Shown here: one piece after another, positions 25,954 to 32,000 of the stretch
How positions within the stretch are numbered: the stretch's first letter is position 1
How the letters are laid out: the number at the start of each line of letters is the position of its first letter
NCBI GenBank assembly: GCA_031256725.1
Contig: JAIRQE010000019.1
Span: 30,001 to 62,000, forward strand
Length of the DNA stretch: 32,000 nt
Direction of reading: 5' to 3'
From: Propionibacteriaceae bacterium
GTDB taxonomy: Bacteria; Actinomycetota; Actinomycetes; Propionibacteriales; Propionibacteriaceae
The notes under the pieces: model-generated
Told to the model about the DNA's origin: nothing
Seen by the model: the letters and a program-made list of their open reading frames with translations, nothing else
Database searches by the model: none
Made by a program: the position numbers and the translations under genes

Positions 25954-27048
25954 CTAGCTAGATAGCGCAGCTAACTGGCCGCAGGCTCCGTCGATATCTT
26001 GACCGCGGGTGTCTCGTAGGGTGACAGGAATTCGCGCAGCCTCTAGGCGGGCAATGAACTCTTTTTCATCTGACTTTCGGGAGGCCGTCCATTTGGACCC
26101 TGGGGTTGGGTTGAGCGGAATAAGGTTGACGTGTACCCATCCTCGACCCCGCGCATTGAGTTTCTTAGCCAAGAGGTCGGCTCGGAAGCCCTGATCGTTA
26201 ATATCCCTCATGAGGGCGTACTCTATGGAGACTCTACGCCCAGTGATCTGAAAGTACGACGCTGCCGCGTCCAAGACCTCACCCACATTCCAACGCTGGT
26301 TGATGGGTACAAGCTCATCACGCAATTCGTCATCGGGAGCATGAAGGGAGACCGCCAAGGTCAACGGAAGCCCCTCTTCAGCAAGGTCCTTCATTCGAGC
26401 TACTATCCCTGAGGTGGAGACTGTGATCCCACGCGCAGAGATGCCGAAACCAGAGGGGGTGGGAGAACAGATGGCTCGTACTGCCGTCAAAACTGAGGTG
26501 TAATTGGCAAGAGGTTCGCCCATGCCCATGAAGACAACGTTGTTGAGACTGCCCTGGTTCGAGTCAGTGAGGTGAACTATGGCCAGCCGTACCTGCTCAA
26601 TGATCTCACCAGCAGAGAGGTTACGTTTGAGGCCCGCCTGACCTGTAGCACAGAAAGGGCATCCGATACCGCACCCGGCTTGAGAGGATATGCACAGGGT
26701 TGAACGACTCCCCTGCCCACGTCGATAAGACATGAGTACACATTCCACGAGGGTTTCATCAAAGAGTCTGTACAAACTCTTAACCGTGGAACCCCTATCA
26801 GCAAGCGAATCTGTCACCTTCTCCAGCAAGGAGGGAACCAGTGTTCCCACTGCCTCACGGGTGGCACCAGGAAGATCAGTCCACGAAGAAGGATCGGCCT
26901 CGTACCTTTCGAAATAGTGTCGCGAAATCTGGTCGATGCGAAACTTGGGCATCCCCAAAGACCCAACAGATTCGAGGCGCTCTTCAGGGCTCATTTCAGC
27001 CCAGTGGCGCGGTGGCTTATGTACCCTCCGCTCGACTGGCTCAGACAC
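25954..27048 (-). CDS. rlmN: 23S rRNA/tRNA (adenine-C2)-methyltransferase, radical SAM
   Basis: 364 aa with the radical-SAM cluster [20 protein letters not shown] and a C-terminal GxDIDAACGQL-type motif ([11 protein letters not shown]). Confidence 0.93.
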   Translation of the reverse strand: MSEPVERRVHKPPRHWAEMSPEERLESVGSLGMPKFRIDQISRHYFERYEADPSSWTDLPGATREAVGTLVPSLLEKVTDSLADRGSTVKSLYRLFDETLVECVLMSYRRGQGSRSTLCISSQAGCGIGCPFCATGQAGLKRNLSAGEIIEQVRLAIVHLTDSNQGSLNNVVFMGMGEPLANYTSVLTAVRAICSPTPSGFGISARGITVSTSGIVARMKDLAEEGLPLTLAVSLHAPDDELRDELVPINQRWNVGEVLDAAASYFQITGRRVSIEYALMRDINDQGFRADLLAKKLNARGRGWVHVNLIPLNPTPGSKWTASRKSDEKEFIARLEAARIPVTLRDTRGQDIDGACGQLAALSS

Positions 27049-28000
27049 TCGGGAACAACCAGATCATGATGAGCCAAGCTGGCAGCGCAGTCAGAATATA
27101 GGAGTCCACGCGATCCATGATCCCACCATGTCCTGGGATGAGGGTACCCATATCTTTGATACCGAGGTCTCGCTTGATCACAGACTCCACCAGATCACCC
27201 AGGAAGCCGACGATTGCAAGAACAATTCCTACAATAATTCCCTTCCACCATGAACTACCAATGAGGAAGATGGTCATGATCAGTCCAGCGGCACTCGCAA
27301 GAATGAGGGAACCAACAAGACCCTCCCACGACTTCTTCGGGGAGATTCTTGGAGCAATAGGATGCTTGCCGATAGCAAGACCCATGACGTACCCACCCGT
27401 ATCAGCGGCAGTGATAATCAAGAGGAAGGATGCCACGAAGGCAACCCCTTGATCCTCAGCGAGCATGAGTACCATCCCTGCCGCCAACAGGCATGGGTAA
27501 CAGAAAAGGAACAAAGAGTGGGCCACATCAGCAAGATATCCATCAATGGGGCCTGACAACCGAACCACCAGAACGACAACGACAGTCAAGCCAGCGATCC
27601 ACAGTAGGACCTCCACGGGAATGATCGGATACAGTGCACTCGCGTAGACTGCGAGAGTGAACAGTGCTGATCCGGTGAGCAAGGGTATGGATAGGATCTT
27701 CACTCCACGCGTTTCGAAGATCTTTCCCATTTCGATCTGGGCGCCACACACAGCGACCGTGACCACGAGTACCAATGCCCAGGGTAACCAAATCAGGCAG
27801 ACGGCAGCGACTCCAAGCAAGACGAAGGCGGCGAATACAGCCAAGAAAATGTCGCGACCTGCCCTCTTGTTTACCTCATCTACTGCATGCTTGGCGGCAT
27901 CAGCAAACTCATTGAAGGCATGTTCGACTGCCTGGAGTTCCGCAGAAGAACCCTTGGATCGGCGGGACTCAGTCGTATCGTCTTTGTTGGATTTGGCCAT
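27041..28000 (-). CDS. cdsA: Phosphatidate cytidylyltransferase
   Basis: 319 aa polytopic protein with the CdsA signature [28 protein letters not shown]. It overlaps rlmN by 8 nt and shares a TAATG junction with frr. Confidence 0.9.
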   Translation of the reverse strand: MAKSNKDDTTESRRSKGSSAELQAVEHAFNEFADAAKHAVDEVNKRAGRDIFLAVFAAFVLLGVAAVCLIWLPWALVLVVTVAVCGAQIEMGKIFETRGVKILSIPLLTGSALFTLAVYASALYPIIPVEVLLWIAGLTVVVVLVVRLSGPIDGYLADVAHSLFLFCYPCLLAAGMVLMLAEDQGVAFVASFLLIITAADTGGYVMGLAIGKHPIAPRISPKKSWEGLVGSLILASAAGLIMTIFLIGSSWWKGIIVGIVLAIVGFLGDLVESVIKRDLGIKDMGTLIPGHGGIMDRVDSYILTALPAWLIMIWLFPSV

Positions 28001-28557
28001 TAAACTTCCAAAAGTTCAGCTTCTTTATGCTTGAGTAGTTCGTCGATGGCCTCAACATGCTTCTTCGTGAGTTCATCGAGCTTCTTTTCAGCCTTGGCGA
28101 CCTCATCCTCGCCGACTTCCTTGTTCTTTTCCATCTTCTTGCACGCATCTATGGCATGGCGGCGAGCATTACGGATGGCGACCCTACCCTCTTCGGCCTT
28201 CGCCTTAGCGAGTTTGGTGTACTCCTTGCGGCGCTCCTCTGTAAGGACGGGGAGTTGTACACGGATAATATGTCCGTCATTGGAAGGATTCACACCCAGA
28301 TCAGAGTCGCGAATCGCTTTTTCGATGGCTGCAAGAGCGGATTGGTCATAGGGCGAGATCATCATCGTACGGGCCTCAGGAACATTGAAACTCGCCAATT
28401 GTTGGATAGGGGTCGGGGTGCCATAGTAATCGGCTGTGATCTTGGCAAACATGGCAGGATGGGCACGACCAGTACGGATTGCCGCGAACTCTTCCCTAGA
28501 GAACTCGACGGACTGATCCATCTTATGATCGGCAGTAGCAATGATGTCGGATAACAC
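28000..28557 (-). CDS. frr: Ribosome recycling factor
   Basis: The GTG at 28555..28557 is preceded by AAAGGAGA and gives the canonical 185-aa Frr (VLSDIIATADHKMDQSVEF...AIRTGRAHPAMF...). The track ORF (to 28602) adds 15 non-conserved residues. Confidence 0.9.
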   Translation of the reverse strand: MLSDIIATADHKMDQSVEFSREEFAAIRTGRAHPAMFAKITADYYGTPTPIQQLASFNVPEARTMMISPYDQSALAAIEKAIRDSDLGVNPSNDGHIIRVQLPVLTEERRKEYTKLAKAKAEEGRVAIRNARRHAIDACKKMEKNKEVGEDEVAKAEKKLDELTKKHVEAIDELLKHKEAELLEV

Positions 28558-28690
28558 TATGTCTCCTTTGTGGCGTGGATAAAAGGGAAGCTCTTGGATC
28601 AACGTTATCCCAAATTGAGCCTAGCGCGCATACTTAACTAAAGAAAACTGGGATTTCGTTGGTGGATTTATGGGTTTCTTGGCACTTTCC

Positions 28691-29404
28691 TTAAGAATGG
28701 ACACGGGTACCAATACTGTGGCCAGCGACAGCTTTAGCGATATTGCCTGGTACATCCAGATTGAAGAAAATCATGGGCATACCGTGTTCACGAGCCATAG
28801 AAATCGCGGTGGCATCGGCAACCTTCAGATTACGGGCAAGGAACTCGTCATAGGTGAGTTCATCAAACATGACTGCATCAGGGTTCTTTTGGGGGTCGGA
28901 ATCGTAGACTCCATCTGTTCCCTGCTTGCCCATAAGGATGACGTCACAGCCAACCTCCATAGCCCTTTGGGCAGCCACGGTATCCGTCGAGAAGAAGGGC
29001 ATCCCTGAGCCTGCACCGAAGATGACAACCCGCCCCTTTTCCATGTGACGGATGGCACGACGCGGGATATAGGGTTCTGCAACCTGACCCATGGTGATCG
29101 CGGTTTGAACACGGGTATCAATCCCGGCCTTCTCACAGAAGTCCTGCAAGGCGAGACAGTTCATCACCGTACCCAGCATTCCCATGTAGTCTGCGCGCGC
29201 GCGCTCCATCCCACGATTTTGAAGTTCAGCTCCACGAAAGAAGTTGCCTCCACCAACAACGATGGCTACCTGGGTACCACGCATGGAAACCTCAGCGATC
29301 TCCTTGGCGATGGATGACACGACATCCGGGTCAACACCGACAGCTCCACCACCAAAGGCTTCGCCAGAAAGTTTGAGTAATACTCGCTGATATGTCTGGG
29401 ACAT
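28691..29404 (-). CDS. pyrH: UMP kinase
   Basis: 237 aa with [21 protein letters not shown] and full-length PyrH similarity. Confidence 0.95.
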   Translation of the reverse strand: MSQTYQRVLLKLSGEAFGGGAVGVDPDVVSSIAKEIAEVSMRGTQVAIVVGGGNFFRGAELQNRGMERARADYMGMLGTVMNCLALQDFCEKAGIDTRVQTAITMGQVAEPYIPRRAIRHMEKGRVVIFGAGSGMPFFSTDTVAAQRAMEVGCDVILMGKQGTDGVYDSDPQKNPDAVMFDELTYDEFLARNLKVADATAISMAREHGMPMIFFNLDVPGNIAKAVAGHSIGTRVHS

Positions 29405-29459
29405 CTGTCCTCCTCACCTCGTGGGTACAATCCCGGCTGGTTATGACCGGATATGACAA

Positions 29460-29494
29460 GACTGTGCACCGTGGATATCCATCGGCGCACAGTC
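29460..29494 (-). terminator. Long hairpin between tsf and pyrH (attenuator/terminator-like)
   Basis: The minus-strand RNA reads GACUGUGCGCC-GA-UGGAUAUCCA-C-GGUGCACAGUC. The outer stem is 11 bp (one G-U, valid only on the minus strand) with an inner 4-bp stem, followed by the weak U-rich UUGUCAU. Confidence 0.45.
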
Positions 29495-29506
29495 TATAGG
29501 CATTTC

Positions 29507-30322
29507 TTAGGCTCCTGCAGAGAAGCGTACAAAGCGGGTGATCGTCACTCCGGCTTTTTCAAGGGCCTCACCCACGGTCGCAGTGTCACCGAAGATGGCG
29601 GCTTGCTCAACGAGACAGGCATCCTTGAAGTAATCCTTGATACGACCTTCAACGATACGTGGGATCACCTGATCAGGCTTACCCTCTTCGCGGGCTGCTG
29701 CCTCTGCAATACGCTTTTCCGACTCGATGGTCTCTTCAGGAATCTCACCCTTATGTACCACAGTGGGGCTCATCGAAGCGATCTGAAGTGCAACAGAGTG
29801 GACAAGTCCCTCGTCTGAGCTTCCTTCAAACTCCACGAGTACACCCACCTGAGGAGGTAGATCCTGGGAACGACGATGGAGATAGGTATGGGTTGCGCCT
29901 GTGAACTGCGCCACATTGGTGAGCTCCAGCTTCTCGCCGATCTTAATAGCAAGAGCACTCACGGCCTCTTCCACAGTCTGTCCGCTTGCGAGCGTGACTT
30001 TGTTGGCGGCTTCAACAGTATCCGCACCATCCTTGGAGACAGCTTCTGCGATCGCCGAAGCCAGATCCATGAACTCGGCATTCTTGGCTACGAAGTCGGT
30101 TTCAGCACCCAACTGAATGATGGCCTTGCCAGCGGCAGCCACGAGTCCATTGCTGGCTTCGCGATCCGAGCGCTTGGCAGCCTTCACAGCACCAGAGACA
30201 CGCAAGAGTTCGGTTGCCTTCTCAAAATCGCCATCAGCCTCGGTTAGGGCCTTCTTGGCATCCATCATCCCTGCGCCTGTTTGGTCGCGCAGTTTCTTCA
30301 CATCAGCGGCAGTGATCGCCAT
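29507..30322 (-). CDS. tsf: Translation elongation factor Ts
   Basis: 271 aa with an N-terminal UBA-like motif VKKLRDQTGAGMMDAKKAL and full-length EF-Ts similarity. Confidence 0.95.
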   Translation of the reverse strand: MAITAADVKKLRDQTGAGMMDAKKALTEADGDFEKATELLRVSGAVKAAKRSDREASNGLVAAAGKAIIQLGAETDFVAKNAEFMDLASAIAEAVSKDGADTVEAANKVTLASGQTVEEAVSALAIKIGEKLELTNVAQFTGATHTYLHRRSQDLPPQVGVLVEFEGSSDEGLVHSVALQIASMSPTVVHKGEIPEETIESEKRIAEAAAREEGKPDQVIPRIVEGRIKDYFKDACLVEQAAIFGDTATVGEALEKAGVTITRFVRFSAGA

Positions 30323-30364
30323 GTCTTCTCTTTTCTTCTGGGATTGGTCTAGGGGTTGGTGGAC

Positions 30365-31324
30365 TTACTTGTCTTCGGTTGCTTCAGCAGCTTCGACGAC
30401 TTCCTCAGCCTTATCTGCGACTGCTTCGACCTTGGCTGGTGCGGCCTCAGCCTTTGCCGCCTTAGCTGGCTTAACTTCGGCTTCTACGACCGGCTCAGCT
30501 GCTTCGACGGTTTCAACCACGGCATCGGCAGGAACCACCGCATCAGCGACAGCATCAGTGCCAGCAAGAAGTTCGCGTTCCCACTCTGGCATGGGTTCAA
30601 CCTCAATCTCCTGCTCACCAATGAGGGGAGCCTGAGAGCGAGCCATAAGACCATCAGCCACAGCATCAGCAATGACCTTGGTCAGAAGAGCAACAGCGCG
30701 GATAGCGTCATCGTTGCCTGGGATCGGGTAGTCGACCTGATCTGGGTCACAGTTTGTGTCGAGGATACCGACGATCGGGATACCGAGCTTACGGGCTTCG
30801 TCAACAGCGAGGTGTTCCTTATTAGTGTCAACGATCCAGATTGCTGTCGGTACCTTCGCCATATCGCGGATACCACCAAGGGAACGAGCAAGCTTGTCGC
30901 GCTCGCGGGAAAGACCCAGCAACTCCTTCTTGGTCAGACCCAAGGTTGAGGTTGCAGTCAGATCCATGGCTTCGAGTTCCTTCATACGCTGGATTCTCTT
31001 CATCATGGTGGGGAAGTTGGTGAGCATGCCACCCAGCCAACGCTGGTTCACATAGGGCATTCCAACGCGGGTTGCCTGCTCAGCAATAGCCTCTTGGGCC
31101 TGCTTTTTCGTACCCACAAAAAGAATCTGGCCACCGGAAGCGATGAGGCTACGCACAAAGAGGTAGGCGCCCTCAATCTCTTTAATGGACTTGTGGAGGT
31201 CGATGATGTAGATCCCATTGCGCTCCGTGAAGATGAAGCGCTTCATCTTCGGGTTCCAGCGGCGGGTCTGATGACCGAAGTGGACGCCAGCGTCCAAAAG
31301 TTGACGTGAGGTAATGACAGCCAT
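30365..31324 (-). CDS. rpsB: 30S ribosomal protein S2 with an Ala/Glu/Val-rich C-terminal extension
   Basis: 319 aa. It has [19 protein letters not shown] and the S2 core, plus a low-complexity tail of ~60 aa typical of actinobacterial S2. Confidence 0.95.
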   Translation of the reverse strand: MAVITSRQLLDAGVHFGHQTRRWNPKMKRFIFTERNGIYIIDLHKSIKEIEGAYLFVRSLIASGGQILFVGTKKQAQEAIAEQATRVGMPYVNQRWLGGMLTNFPTMMKRIQRMKELEAMDLTATSTLGLTKKELLGLSRERDKLARSLGGIRDMAKVPTAIWIVDTNKEHLAVDEARKLGIPIVGILDTNCDPDQVDYPIPGNDDAIRAVALLTKVIADAVADGLMARSQAPLIGEQEIEVEPMPEWERELLAGTDAVADAVVPADAVVETVEAAEPVVEAEVKPAKAAKAEAAPAKVEAVADKAEEVVEAAEATEDK

Positions 31325-31601
31325 AGTGCAGTCCTTTCTTTGTGAGGCTTACGCCTCAACTTTGAGTTTCTGATGCCGTGAGGCATCCCTGACACCGGTA
31401 GAGATCCCCACCGATTAGGCAACGATGTGTTGACCAAACCGGACCTGCGAAGATCAATTCGGACTTCCGATGTGCGAAATACGTGAACTGGAGTTCACCT
31501 AGTCTATGAAGACCAGCGTCTATTCTATCGCGCCCAGCGGATTGGGCAAGTCAGGTTTGGGCCAAGTTGCGCAAGGGCGTCATATAGGGCAGAGTTCCAT
31601 C

Positions 31602-32000
31602 ATGAGTTCACAGGCGAACATACCCGAAATTGTGTCATCGATCCGCAACGTTGTCCTCGTAGGATCGTCCGGATCGGGCAAGACCACGTTGTACGAATCC
31701 CTTCTAAAATCCCGCACGGCTGGTTACCGTGGCGAGAAGATGGATCCCGAGCGAGCAGCCGCCCTGTCCATCTCGTCTATCCAGGTTGACTCCATCACAG
31801 TGAACCTCCTGGATGCGCCAGGGCACCCAGATTTTGTGGGTGAATTAAGGGCTGGATTGAGGGGTGCCGACGGCGCAGTCTTCGTCATCTCCGCCTCGGA
31901 CGGTGTTGACTCTGCCACCGAAGCTTTGTGGCATGAATGTGCCGCCGTGGGAATGCCTCGCGGTATAGCCATCACGAAGCTTGACGATGGTCGCTCCGAC
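31602..32000 (+). CDS. fusA2: Elongation factor G-like GTPase (FusA2-type paralogue), N-terminal 133 codons (partial)
   Basis: Absent from the ORF track because it runs off the edge. It translates as [35 protein letters not shown]...[67 protein letters not shown]. The G1 (GSGKTT), G3 (DAPGH) and G4 (TKLD) motifs are present. The sequence closely parallels mycobacterial FusA2 (GPSGGGKTT...[20 protein letters not shown]...ITKLD). Confidence 0.8.
   Translation, partial: MSSQANIPEIVSSIRNVVLVGSSGSGKTTLYESLLKSRTAGYRGEKMDPERAAALSISSIQVDSITVNLLDAPGHPDFVGELRAGLRGADGAVFVISASDGVDSATEALWHECAAVGMPRGIAITKLDDGRSD

Noticed and set aside
30117-30949. Plus-strand ORFs of 172 and 197 codons overlapping tsf and rpsB.
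   Set aside because: They are antisense to two universally conserved genes. The products are Ala/Ser-rich low-complexity sequence mirroring the Ala/Glu-rich S2 tail.
1-32000. A scan for CRISPR arrays, rRNA, integrases or phage genes, restriction-modification, toxin-antitoxin or other defence-system signatures.
   Set aside because: I saw no regularly spaced direct repeats. Every long ORF is accounted for by metabolic, transport, translation or IS functions. The only mobile DNA is the single ISL3 copy.

Overview
The gene content and synteny point to an actinobacterial chromosome. Markers are GTP-type PEPCK, aceE preceded by a DUF3052 gene, the rpsB-tsf-pyrH-frr-cdsA-rlmN block, and a FusA2-like EF-G paralogue. 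About two thirds of the window is ordinary housekeeping: prfB (partial), pckG, tRNA-Val(TAC), DUF3052, aceE, uppP, an aldo/keto reductase, the ribosome/translation block, and fusA2-like (partial). There are two sugar-uptake loci and one insertion sequence. (1) A ~10 kb minus-strand operon (12908 -> 2870) encodes a ROK repressor, a lipoprotein solute-binding protein, two CUT1-type permeases (no ATPase), a ROK sugar kinase, an unusual fusion of a GlmU-type nucleotidyltransferase domain to a phosphohexomutase, and a GH94 disaccharide phosphorylase that looks chitobiose-phosphorylase-like rather than cellobiose-phosphorylase-like. My lead hypothesis is that this is a phosphorolytic route sending both halves of a beta-linked disaccharide (probably N,N'-diacetylchitobiose) to a nucleotide sugar such as UDP-GlcNAc. 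This is inference, and it is the best candidate for something not yet described. (2) A ytfQRT-yjfF-type (galactofuranose-type) ABC transporter operon has a near-consensus promoter, a LacI/GalR-type operator and a ~200 nt leader. (3) A complete 1477-bp ISL3-family IS with imperfect terminal inverted repeats and a perfect 8-bp target-site duplication sits in an AT-rich convergent intergenic region. Other sequence-level oddities: a perfect 19-bp tandem duplication that frameshifts and truncates a small membrane-protein gene, and an unclassified 134-nt element closed by a 26-bp stem between uppP and the reductase gene. I found no CRISPR array, rRNA, prophage genes or recognisable defence or toxin-antitoxin system. 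All calls rest on reading the translations and sequence by eye; no database search was possible.
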